Assembly (NCBI GenBank): GCA_031367385.1 | Contig: JANLPS010000159.1 | Coordinates: 1 to 28,001 of the forward strand | Length of the DNA: 28,001 nucleotides | Direction of reading: 5' to 3' | Origin: Archangium sp. | GTDB lineage: Bacteria > Myxococcota > Myxococcia > Myxococcales > Myxococcaceae | Shown here: in pieces, positions 6,311 to 15,091 of the stretch | How the letters are laid out: every line of letters starts with the position of its first letter | How positions within the stretch are numbered: position 1 is the first letter of the stretch | Made by a program: the position numbers and the translations under genes | The notes under the pieces: generated by a model | Told to the model about the DNA's origin: nothing | Seen by the model: the letters and a program-made list of their open reading frames with translations, nothing else | Database searches by the model: none

Positions 6311-8062
6311 TTACGGCCGGGCGACCCGCCGCAACACGTCGGTGCCGTTCGGGTCGACCGGAGGCACGTGCTGCATCAGCTCGTCAATCGAGTGGGGGTC
6401 GTGCAGCAGTGTGTAGTGGTCGTACGCCGTCTTCGAGACCACCAGCAGGCCACCCTCGCTCTGCGGGCGCGGGTCACGCACGAAGCGCGCGCTCTGCAAA
6501 TCAACCAGCCCATCGGTGCCTTCACCGACCCAGTGCTTCGACGCGGCAATCAACAGCGCGCTGAAGGCCAGCTGAAACCGTGGCTTCTGGGCCGTGTCGC
6601 TCGACCCGTGAAAGGTCAGGTCGACCGTCTTTTGCAAGAACTCGGGCATTCGTTGCCAGAGCGTGTCGGGGTCGAGATTGTTCACCGCTTCGGCGCCCGC
6701 TTCACTGCGAGCAATGCTGCGCGAGAACAGCTTGCCCGGCCCGTCGTCTGACAGCATCGAGCCGCGAAACGCCGGCCCCATCGCGATGTGCCGCGAAATC
6801 ACGTCGGGGTAACCGGCCTCGGCCAATCGCAACCGCGCCATCGCCACCTCGACGTTGCCTTGGCTGTGCGCAATGACGTTGAGCGGGGGCTCGCCTGGCT
6901 TGGGGTTCAACGACACCGAAATACCCAGCTTCAGCCCATCACGCCGTATCGCCTCGAGTTGCTCGATGAAGATGTCGGCTCCCGTGGTGCTCGGTTGATA
7001 GGCGCGATCGGTGCGGCCAATCGCGAACAGGTTCAACTCCGGAGGCACCGGCACGCCGTCAGGCTCGGGGTACACCTTCAACCGCCGCAGCTTCGTGGCC
7101 TCTGACCCATCAACCAACGTGCCCATCAGCACCAATGTGTCGGTGTACTGCGCCATGCGAAACAGGCTCGCGGGGCTCGGCACCGAGTTGGCCAGCCCAG
7201 GCCGAAACAGCGTCACCCCTTCGAGCTTGGCCGTCTGCTGGGTGAAGAGGTTCGTTGCCTTCGGAGTCGCCATTGCGTTCGCGACAACGGTCGGCGTGCG
7301 GAAGAACTCCTTCGACCGCGCGTCGAAGAGGTTCGCGTACAGGGCCTCGGTCATGGGCTCGTCACCCACTGGCTCGCCGCCTTCTCGGGGCAGCGTCTTG
7401 CCACCGATGGCGACCGTCTTCGCTCCCGGTTTGACGTCGGTGAACTTCGCGCGCAGCGCAGCGCGGTACTGGGGGCTCTCCAAGTCGGCCATCGAGTCCT
7501 GCAGGTCGACCTTGCGAATGCCCGGTTCGATCACCCGGTACACGGCTCGCTCGCGATCGGTGACCAGGCCCTCCCGCAACGACTTGAGCAAGGTGTGCCT
7601 GGCCACGAGAGGCAACTTCGCCGCACCCTCGGCGCCAAGGCTCATCGCTACCCCCGCCGCCACCAGGTCGCGGTCACCGTCGGGCACTCGCTGCAGCACA
7701 TGCGCCCAGATCGGGTCATCGAGCTTGGTTTGTGAGAGCTTGCCGACCAGCTGCTGACAATTCGTGAAGCCACGGCCCTGCGCCGAGGCCACCAAGAGCC
7801 CGGCGCGAACCAGCGGGTCGCGCTGATTTTCGATCGGCCCGCCGGCGACCTGAACCATGGCTTGCCGCTTGTTCAGCAGCCCCGTCAGCTCAGCGGCTTG
7901 GCCGGGGTTGAGCGACGACAAGGCCGACAGCTCACCGATTCGGCGGTCGATGCGGTTGAGCACCAGGGCGTTGAGGTTCTGATCACGCACCGGCGCGTTC
8001 CTGGCGACCCCAGGCGGCAGGGCAAATGCTGAGGTCCCCCCGGGGGGCAGGCGGTCAACCAC
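6311..8062 (-). CDS. Hypothetical protein with C-terminal alpha/beta-hydrolase (lipase/esterase-like) domain
   Basis: 583-aa ORF with GGAGG SD. Nucleophile elbow VIAHSQG, PAFRGS, TDGLV (Asp) and YDHY (His) form a Ser-Asp-His arrangement. Confidence 0.7.
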   Translation of the reverse strand: MVDRLPPGGTSAFALPPGVARNAPVRDQNLNALVLNRIDRRIGELSALSSLNPGQAAELTGLLNKRQAMVQVAGGPIENQRDPLVRAGLLVASAQGRGFTNCQQLVGKLSQTKLDDPIWAHVLQRVPDGDRDLVAAGVAMSLGAEGAAKLPLVARHTLLKSLREGLVTDRERAVYRVIEPGIRKVDLQDSMADLESPQYRAALRAKFTDVKPGAKTVAIGGKTLPREGGEPVGDEPMTEALYANLFDARSKEFFRTPTVVANAMATPKATNLFTQQTAKLEGVTLFRPGLANSVPSPASLFRMAQYTDTLVLMGTLVDGSEATKLRRLKVYPEPDGVPVPPELNLFAIGRTDRAYQPSTTGADIFIEQLEAIRRDGLKLGISVSLNPKPGEPPLNVIAHSQGNVEVAMARLRLAEAGYPDVISRHIAMGPAFRGSMLSDDGPGKLFSRSIARSEAGAEAVNNLDPDTLWQRMPEFLQKTVDLTFHGSSDTAQKPRFQLAFSALLIAASKHWVGEGTDGLVDLQSARFVRDPRPQSEGGLLVVSKTAYDHYTLLHDPHSIDELMQHVPPVDPNGTDVLRRVARP

Positions 8063-8110
8063 GACCTCCAGTATCGCTGAAATGACCGGCCGAAGACGAC
8101 ACCCGGCGCG

Positions 8111-10075
8111 TCATTCGATGCCGCGGGCACGCCGGTATTCACCCAGCGCCCACACCGGAAAATAGTGACGGTAATTGTCGTAATTGATCAGGCAGGTTCG
8201 GTTGAAGACCCCCACCAGCGGCTCGCGCGCCCAGCTCCCGTCGGGCACTTGCCGGCTCGACAAGAAGGCCGCCGCCCTGTCGATCGCGTCGTGCTCCGCG
8301 GCCCCGGCGCGAATCAGCGTCGACAACGCCCACGCGCTCTGGGTCACGTGCCCGGTTTCGCCCTCGACCCAGGCGCGCTCCCGACAGGTGTCACCGTGCT
8401 CTGACCAACTGCCGTCAACGCGTTGTTTTCTCAGCAGAAATGCACACGCGCGGCGAATCGCGGGGTCGCTTTGAGGCACGCCGGTCGCCAGCAGCCCGCT
8501 CACTCCGAACCACGTGCCATAGGTGAAGCACACCGCCCAACACCCCTCGAAGCTGCCGTCGTCGCGCTGGCTCTTTCGCAAGAACGCGACGCCCCGCTCA
8601 ATGGCGTCACCCAGGTCGAGCTCGGCGCCAAACCGGGCTCGCGCGGCCACCAGGGCCTGCAGGCACGCGCTCGTACATTCGACGTACGAGTAATCGACCA
8701 TGATGTCGCCGAACACCTGCGAGGGGTTGAACTGCTCCATCCACGCGCCGGCGCGCTGCTTCTCGTACGTGGCCCAGCCCCCGTCGTCGTTTTGCCACGA
8801 CAGAATCAGCCGCACCGAATCGCGCAGCCGCTCGAGCGGTATGTCGTCGAACCGGCCCTCGAGCGCCAACGCGCACTTGAGCCCCTCAGAGGTACAATCG
8901 GTGATCGGCCACCCGTGGGCGCGATTCGAGAACGGCCAGCCGCCCTTCGACGGGTGCCGGTAGTGCGCCTCGGCCTCGGGCACGTCTTCGAGAATCTGAT
9001 TGTCTTTCAGATACCCGTACGCTTTTCGCAAGACGCCGGCGTCGTGCCACTTCGCCGGAGTCGCCAGAATCGCTTGCGTCGCGAACGCCGTGTCCCACAG
9101 CTCGCTGTTGTTGTAGCCCTGCATCTTGATGCCATCGTGCCCGGGCCAGAGGTACGGCTGAAGCGCCGCGAAGCCTCGCTCGAACTCGTCGCGGCCCTCG
9201 GCGCCGCGAAAGAAGTGCACGAAGGTGTTGAGCACCGCGTTCACCGGGCCGATGTCGATGTCGTTGGTGACGCGGTCTTCGTACTGAATGTGGTGCAGGC
9301 ACTCGGCGAGCGCGCGTTTTCGCAGCGGCTTGAAGGGCAACCGCTCGTAGATGTTCTCGGCCAGGTAGGTCGCCTTCAGCCCCGGCGTGCTCGGCCGGTA
9401 GTCGTCGGCCTGTGAGACCGTGTCGCGGTGGGTCTCCCATTCGATGGTCGAATATTTTCCATCGTAGAGCTCATCACGCAGGGCCAGCTGCAGCGCGGTG
9501 ACCGGCGCGGTCGAGCGCATGCCGTAGAGCCAGGCCATTGGCAAATAGACCTGCCGGCTGTGACACCACAGTCGCCGCGGGTGCATCGGCGCGTCTTTGG
9601 GCAGCAACCAGAACTCGGGCTGCAGTGGGTGAATGCCGCGCCAGTCGTAGAGGCCAAGCACACACAAGGTGAACTTGCCCCATGAGGCCGCGCCCAGCGG
9701 GCCGCCGTTCTCCCTCATCCACCCGCGCATGCGCTCGAGGCGGTTGTCATCTGGCGCGACGCCAAGCACCCGAATCGAGACGTACGAGAGCGCGGAGCAG
9801 AACATGCTGCCCGAGGTCGCTTCAGCGTGCAGCCCAATGCTGCCGTCGGTGCGCTGCACGTTCGTGAAGTACCGCAGCAGCCCATCGCGTTGCTCACCGG
9901 TGGGCACCCGCCCGGTGGCCTGGCAGAGGGCGATGTACATCGGCAGCAAGAACATCGGCCCGCCGTAGTCTCCGGGCCAACTGCCTCGCTCGGCCTGCAG
10001 GGCGGCCAGGTTCGCCAACCCCCGGCGAAGCACGGCGTCGAGCTCATCTGCCTTCAGCGCTGACTCGGAGGACAC
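8111..10075 (-). CDS. 2,3-oxidosqualene cyclase, predicted cycloartenol synthase
   Basis: DYGGPMFLLP, LWCHSR, KMQGYN, FSNRAHGWPITDCTSEG (DCTAE-type rather than the DXDD of squalene-hopene cyclase), DYSYVECT, CFTYGTWF and several QW repeats (QxxDGxW). Confidence 0.95.
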   Translation of the reverse strand: MSSESALKADELDAVLRRGLANLAALQAERGSWPGDYGGPMFLLPMYIALCQATGRVPTGEQRDGLLRYFTNVQRTDGSIGLHAEATSGSMFCSALSYVSIRVLGVAPDDNRLERMRGWMRENGGPLGAASWGKFTLCVLGLYDWRGIHPLQPEFWLLPKDAPMHPRRLWCHSRQVYLPMAWLYGMRSTAPVTALQLALRDELYDGKYSTIEWETHRDTVSQADDYRPSTPGLKATYLAENIYERLPFKPLRKRALAECLHHIQYEDRVTNDIDIGPVNAVLNTFVHFFRGAEGRDEFERGFAALQPYLWPGHDGIKMQGYNNSELWDTAFATQAILATPAKWHDAGVLRKAYGYLKDNQILEDVPEAEAHYRHPSKGGWPFSNRAHGWPITDCTSEGLKCALALEGRFDDIPLERLRDSVRLILSWQNDDGGWATYEKQRAGAWMEQFNPSQVFGDIMVDYSYVECTSACLQALVAARARFGAELDLGDAIERGVAFLRKSQRDDGSFEGCWAVCFTYGTWFGVSGLLATGVPQSDPAIRRACAFLLRKQRVDGSWSEHGDTCRERAWVEGETGHVTQSAWALSTLIRAGAAEHDAIDRAAAFLSSRQVPDGSWAREPLVGVFNRTCLINYDNYRHYFPVWALGEYRRARGIE

Positions 10076-10126
10076 GCGCCGCGTGCTAGCAGACTGTGGC
10101 GTCTGAGGCGAAACGCAGCGAGCGGT

Positions 10127-10753
10127 TTATTGCGCTGGAGGCCTGGGCTCGATGGGCCCCGTGCACGCCTCGTTGCCGTCGCTGAACGCCAGCCCGACCA
10201 TGCCCCCCGGCGCGGGCATGCGCATCATGTTCAAGGTCAGTGACGCAGAGTGCCGGTCAGAGGCGACGACGTACCCGGTGTCTCGCCGAAGGAGCACGGC
10301 CGCATCTTCGACGAAGCCGTCTTCATTCACATACCAGAGCAACCCGAAGGGAAAGGTGTCGCCCGATTTCGGGAAGCGCCCCTTCGTCCAATACGCGTGC
10401 ACCGTGATGGAGAACGCCGCAGGCACGCGCGGCTCGTCGCCCGCCCACGTCGGGTCAGTGTCGGTCTGCTCGACCGAAAAGATGACCGGGCCCTTGTTCG
10501 CCGTGGGGTACCAATCGGCGGGTGAGGTCGTCGCCTTGTCGAAGTTTTCACAGCTGGGAGCCGGGATGGGCGAGCAATACCCGTCACCACTGCACCGCTC
10601 ACCCACCGCACAGCCACCGGGTTGCGCCTCGTTGCTGTAACAGCGCGCCCCCCGCGCATCGCTGGCCTTGAGGGCGAGCACCGAGGTCGAGTCGATGCCG
10701 CTCGCGGGCCCGCAGGCCGTGACCACGATGAGAGCCGCAAGGAGAGCGCGCAT
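10127..10753 (-). CDS. Putative lipoprotein with a short Cys-rich segment
   Basis: MRALLAALIVVTAC signal/lipobox from ATG 10753; RCYS..GGCAVGERCSGDGYC. Confidence 0.65.
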   Translation of the reverse strand: MRALLAALIVVTACGPASGIDSTSVLALKASDARGARCYSNEAQPGGCAVGERCSGDGYCSPIPAPSCENFDKATTSPADWYPTANKGPVIFSVEQTDTDPTWAGDEPRVPAAFSITVHAYWTKGRFPKSGDTFPFGLLWYVNEDGFVEDAAVLLRRDTGYVVASDRHSASLTLNMMRMPAPGGMVGLAFSDGNEACTGPIEPRPPAQ

Positions 10754-10879
10754 TGCGAAAGGCCGACAATGCAATCGGTTCGCCAGGCCGGGCTGATCAG
10801 CGTTTCTCGAGTGAGAAAAGCATCAGTGGCACATGCCGGTGAGCTCGGAGGGTTCGACGCAAAGGCCACAGTGTGGCTT

Positions 10880-12223
10880 CTACGGAGTGCACGCGGCCAG
10901 ACATTGCCCCTGCACGCATCGCCCTGACGCACACGCGTCGTTCGACGCGCAGCGCGCGCCGGGCCCTGCCGGGTCGGTGCACACCGTGCCGCCGTCGACC
11001 AGCGGGCTGCAGGCGCCCCACAGGCACGGCATCAGCGAGGTGCAGGGCTGACCAATCACCGGCCGCGGCTGACAGGTGCCTTCGATGCAGCCCAAGAAAA
11101 TGCCGCAGTCACGCGCGCTTCGGCAGGCCGCGCCCCACTGGCCGCGCGAGACACAGCGACCACCGGTGCAGGCCAATTGATTCTGACACTCAGATGAGCT
11201 CGTGCAGGTGGCTGCGGCGGGGCTCGGGCTCTCACAGACCGGCGTCTTCGAGTCGGGCGGCATCGCGATGCACACCAGCCCCGCGATGCAGCTCTGTTGC
11301 GCTCCGCAGGTCTGGCCAGGTTGCGAAACCGTCGCAGGCACGCACTGGCCGCGCGTGGCGTCGCACACCGTGCCGGTCGCGCACTGCCCATCACCCGCAC
11401 ATCGCACGCCTTCGAGCAGCCGCGGCGCGCAGAACCCACCATCGAGCCCCTGCATGCAGAAGCCCGCCGTGTCGCAGCGGCCCATCACGCAGGGAGCCCC
11501 TACCGGCGGCAGGGCCAAGCACTGCCCGAGGCAGGTCAGCCCGTCGGCGCAGGTGTTGTGCTCGGTGCACGTCTCTCCGACCGAGGCGGGCTTGCTGCAG
11601 ACGCCGACGCCCAATGTGTTGGTCGCCCGACAGTACAAGCCGCTCGCACAGTCACTGGTGGTGCGACAGTCTTCGCTCTCCTGGCCCAGGGGCCGGCAAC
11701 GGCGGTCTCCGCACGAGATACCGCGGCACACGCCCTCGGCGCACTCGGCGTACCCGTCGTAGCAAGTCTGCCGAAGCTGCGCGTTCGGCACCAAGAACTG
11801 ACCGCACGCTTCAGGCAGGGTCGACCAATCGGCGCAGCTGCGCGCCTCGTACGCCGCCGCGCAGGCCTTGGCCTTGTTCGCATCGAAGCGCAGCGTGTTG
11901 ACCGATGGCATCGTTCGCGGCACCCAGGTCTTCGGCCCGCACCAGGTGGCGTCGAAAAACGCAGTGCACTCTTTGGCCGTGTCGGGGTCGGCGGAGATCA
12001 ACCCGCATCGGGTCAGGTATTCGCACCGCTTCGAGATCAGCGGCACGCACACCGCCGGGTCAACGCCGCCGGTCACCGTCATGGTGGTGCCGGCGTCAGT
12101 GGCGACCATCGTGTCGGCGTCTTTACCGCCCGCGTCGACCGGCTCGAGGTCGATGCGCTGCTCCGAGGGCGTGGAGCAGTTGGCCACCATCAAGAGTGCG
12201 CCCAAGCGCCAAAGCCGCGTCAT
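10880..12223 (-). CDS. Cys-rich repeat lipoprotein (myxobacterial Dickkopf/EB-like repeats)
   Basis: MTRLWRLGALLMVANC lipobox-like start at ATG 12223. Many G-x-x-C-x4-C-xx-GL-x-C-xxx-C repeats. Confidence 0.8.
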   Translation of the reverse strand: MTRLWRLGALLMVANCSTPSEQRIDLEPVDAGGKDADTMVATDAGTTMTVTGGVDPAVCVPLISKRCEYLTRCGLISADPDTAKECTAFFDATWCGPKTWVPRTMPSVNTLRFDANKAKACAAAYEARSCADWSTLPEACGQFLVPNAQLRQTCYDGYAECAEGVCRGISCGDRRCRPLGQESEDCRTTSDCASGLYCRATNTLGVGVCSKPASVGETCTEHNTCADGLTCLGQCLALPPVGAPCVMGRCDTAGFCMQGLDGGFCAPRLLEGVRCAGDGQCATGTVCDATRGQCVPATVSQPGQTCGAQQSCIAGLVCIAMPPDSKTPVCESPSPAAATCTSSSECQNQLACTGGRCVSRGQWGAACRSARDCGIFLGCIEGTCQPRPVIGQPCTSLMPCLWGACSPLVDGGTVCTDPAGPGARCASNDACASGRCVQGQCLAACTP

Positions 12224-12414
12224 CGCGCGGTTCGGCCATGCAGGGTTCAGACCCGGGGTGAAAGAAAAAACGGCGCTCACAGCCCCGCCAAGTACGCGAA
12301 TTCGGGGCGAATTACCTGCCTCACCGAAGGCCCTCCGACGCGGCTCTGACTTTGATGTCGCAAACGCTTTCTAACTGCGCGAAGTCAGGGCGGTTTTGTG
12401 CGAAACCCCCCGAC

Positions 12415-13035
12415 ATGCGCTCAATGCTCTGGTGCTTGGTTGTGCTGACCGCCTGCGCTCACCCAGGCCATGGTGGTGATCACCACTTCGACGATGCTGA
12501 GTCGTGGGCTGCACGCTTCGAAGACCCCACGCGCGACCAATGGCAGAAGCCCGACGAGGTCATCGCCGCCCTGCATCTGACGCCGCACACCAAGGTCGCC
12601 GACATCGGAGCGGCCACCGGCTACTTCCCCGTTCGCTTCGCGAAGGTCGCCGAGCGGGTCTACGGCGTCGACATCGAGTCGTCGATGGTCGAGTACCTCA
12701 CCCACCGCGCCGAGCGTGAGTCGCTCACCAACCTCACCGCCGTGCTCGCCACTTTCGATGACGCGAAGATCCCCCAGCCGGTTGATTTGATCACCGTCAT
12801 CGACACGTACCACCACCTGCAGAACCGGCCGGCGTACTTCACGGCCCTGCGTGCGTCGCTGGTGCCGGGCGGCCGCATCGCGATCATCGACTTCCGCATG
12901 GGCTCCGAACGCGGGCCACCGGCCGAAGCGAAAGTGTCTGCCGAGACGGTCATCGCTGAGCTCAAGAGCGCGGGGTTCACGCTCGAGGCCCGCCATGAAT
13001 TCTTGGCTGATCAGTACTTCGTCGTCTTTCACTAG
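12415..13035 (+). CDS. Class I SAM-dependent methyltransferase with lipoprotein signal
   Basis: MRSMLWCLVVLTAC lipobox; RDQWQKPDEVI, VADIGAATGYF (motif I), VYGVDI, DTYHH, LVPGGRIAIIDF. Confidence 0.85.
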   Translation: MRSMLWCLVVLTACAHPGHGGDHHFDDAESWAARFEDPTRDQWQKPDEVIAALHLTPHTKVADIGAATGYFPVRFAKVAERVYGVDIESSMVEYLTHRAERESLTNLTAVLATFDDAKIPQPVDLITVIDTYHHLQNRPAYFTALRASLVPGGRIAIIDFRMGSERGPPAEAKVSAETVIAELKSAGFTLEARHEFLADQYFVVFH

Positions 13036-13047
13036 CGCTGCATCAGC

Positions 13048-13575
13048 TCACGGCAAGCGCGGCTGCAGGTTCGTCGCTTCGCTCTCCGAGGCCACGAACA
13101 GCGCCGCCGCTTGCTCCGCTGGAGGACACAGCTCTGGCTTGCGCTGCAGCTTTCTCGACTGCTCGGCCGTCAACACCCGCGAGACCGACAGCCGAACGCC
13201 GCTCGCGTCGAAGGGGTAAATCGCTCCGAGCCGGCCGATGCGCGCGACGAAGGCCAGCAGGCGCAGCAAGTCGCTTCGAATCGACCGATGCAGCGACTCG
13301 TCAACCGTGCCGTCGAGGCTCACTGCCAGCTGGTGCTCGATGCCATTCTCGAGCGCTCGAATCTGGTACGAGACCAGGTACTGCTGAAAGAGCTCGTGGC
13401 GAATCTGCTGACCCTTGGCGCCGCCCGCGTGAAACGCCTCGATGCACCGGTCTTGAATGTCGAGCTGCACCCGCGCGAGATGCACGAGTTGCGCTGGCTG
13501 AAGCATCAGCGTTTTTCGCTTCGCGACTGAGAACAGCCCGCTCAAGCCCATAGAGCCCGCCCCATACAGCCCCAT
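13048..13575 (-). CDS. Hypothetical protein
   Basis: 175-aa ORF with high GC3 that fills the gap between the methyltransferase and the CHAP gene. No motif recognised; start uncertain. Confidence 0.55.
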   Translation of the reverse strand: MGLYGAGSMGLSGLFSVAKRKTLMLQPAQLVHLARVQLDIQDRCIEAFHAGGAKGQQIRHELFQQYLVSYQIRALENGIEHQLAVSLDGTVDESLHRSIRSDLLRLLAFVARIGRLGAIYPFDASGVRLSVSRVLTAEQSRKLQRKPELCPPAEQAAALFVASESEATNLQPRLP

Positions 13576-13590
13576 TGAAACACAAAGAGG

Positions 13591-14637
13591 CTAGAAGGGC
13601 GAACCGAAGCCAAGCACCGTCGAAAGACTGCGCTCGCGGCGCCAGACCCCGTCGACGCCCGTATCGGGGTTATCGGTGTTGCCCTCGATGGTGCCAATGG
13701 TGCCGTCGTCGTTCACCGTCTCGACCAGGCCGATGTGGTCAGCGACCCTGTCGTGGTTCCAGTCGAAGAGCACCAGGTCGCCGGGCTCGGGGTTTTCTCT
13801 GCCCTTCCACAACCCGCGGCTCTTGAGCTCAGCGACGACACTGGGGGTGTACGGCTGGTTCATCTCGCCGCCGGCTTGTTTGCTTGCCCAGCTCGCGAAG
13901 TCTGCACACCATTTTTCAATGCCGCGACCAAAAGTGCGCGGGTATTTCGTCACCGCGCCGTCGTTGTGGTCGGTCGCCTCGTGAGTGCCGATCTCGCCTC
14001 TGGCGGCGTCGAGCAACTCGCGCCGAAACTCGGTGCTCGCGGTCGAGCCCGGGGTCGCCACGCGAAGATCGCGGGGGGCAGGCGCCGGAGCGGGCGATGG
14101 GGTCGGAGCAGGCCCGGCGATCGGCGCCCGCGGCGAAGACGGAGACGGCACCGACGCGGTCTCGTGCAGCGCCCGCCAGGTGTTGGTGCCGACCACGCCA
14201 TCGACGTCGAGGTTGGCTTCACGCTGAAACGCCGTCACCGCCTTGCGCGTCTCGGGGCCGAACTGACCGTCGACGCCATTGGGGTCGAAGCCTGCGCGCG
14301 AGAGCATCGACTGCAGCGATTGAACATCGGGCCCCGCGTCACCGGCGCGAATCGACCGACCTTTCTGACCCGTCACGATCGCGGCGCTCAGCGCGGCCCA
14401 GGTGCTGGCACCCACGATGCCGTCACGCACCAGCCCCTGTGAAGCTTGAAAACGGCGAACCGCGGCTTCGGTCAGCGGCCCAAACTCACCGTCGACGCCC
14501 TGCGGGTTGAACCCCGCCTTCACCAGCATCGTCTGCAGTGTTGCTACCAGCTGACCACTCGCACCCTGCGCCAAGCTCGAGTCTTCTGTTGAAGTCTGAT
14601 TCGTTACGCGGGTCGAACGGCCAATCGCGATGGGCAT
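13591..14637 (-). CDS. Peptidoglycan-binding protein (2x PG_binding_1) with C-terminal CHAP amidase domain
   Basis: Two V..LQ.ML..AGF.P.GVDG.FGP.T..AV..FQ....L..DG.VG..TW repeats, a Pro/Ala linker, then WCADFASW (catalytic Cys), PGDLVLF, DHIGLV (His) and IEGN. Confidence 0.9.
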   Translation of the reverse strand: MPIAIGRSTRVTNQTSTEDSSLAQGASGQLVATLQTMLVKAGFNPQGVDGEFGPLTEAAVRRFQASQGLVRDGIVGASTWAALSAAIVTGQKGRSIRAGDAGPDVQSLQSMLSRAGFDPNGVDGQFGPETRKAVTAFQREANLDVDGVVGTNTWRALHETASVPSPSSPRAPIAGPAPTPSPAPAPAPRDLRVATPGSTASTEFRRELLDAARGEIGTHEATDHNDGAVTKYPRTFGRGIEKWCADFASWASKQAGGEMNQPYTPSVVAELKSRGLWKGRENPEPGDLVLFDWNHDRVADHIGLVETVNDDGTIGTIEGNTDNPDTGVDGVWRRERSLSTVLGFGSPF

Positions 14638-14770
14638 GATCAGTTGTCGCACCACTCGGGCCGCGAGTTGCGTAAGAAAAACGAGTGGTTGCGTGTCTTA
14701 CATCGCGTCGGCGTCGAGGCGAATCAAGGCGTTGGCGAGTGGGGGCTGTGAAACGGAGTGGGCATGCCAA

Positions 14771-15091
14771 TCATGGGGCTCCAAAAGCCGCTCGCAGCCC
14801 AAGGCCGATGACGACGCTCGCGGCGTTGGCGACCACGCTCCAGGCCGCGGCGAAGGCCACTTTGTTGGCTCGCAGCCACAGCGCTTCGGCCACGACCGCG
14901 AACAGCTCGGCGCAGGCGACCATCTCCCAATAGGTGAGCCGCGTGAGGAGCGGAAAAGCGAACCAGACAATCGGGTGCGTGAAGGTGCTGGCCAGCAGCG
15001 CGACCGGCCAGCTGGCTTTGGCCCCGAAGCGGTAGATGGGGGCTTCGACGACCTGCGTCAGCGCGAAAGCCGCCAGCCACGCGGCAATCAT
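14771..15091 (-). CDS. Small integral membrane protein
   Basis: MIAAWLAAFALTQVVEAPIY..ASTFTHPIVW..AELFAVVAEA..ANAAS, about 4 hydrophobic segments. ATGA overlap with the upstream gene. Confidence 0.75.
   Translation of the reverse strand: MIAAWLAAFALTQVVEAPIYRFGAKASWPVALLASTFTHPIVWFAFPLLTRLTYWEMVACAELFAVVAEALWLRANKVAFAAAWSVVANAASVVIGLGLRAAFGAP

Noticed and set aside
8111..10075. Squalene-hopene cyclase (hopanoid) assignment
   Set aside because: Catalytic motif is DCTSE, not DXDD, and a squalene epoxidase is nearby.
12347..12388. Imperfect inverted repeat CTGACTTTG...CGAAGTCAG in a divergent intergenic region
   Set aside because: Short, long loop, single occurrence; cannot be distinguished from chance.
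12415..13035. Methyltransferase as a sterol C-24 methyltransferase
   Set aside because: Too short, carries a lipoprotein signal, and lacks SMT motifs such as YEYGWG..FHF and IEATCHAP.
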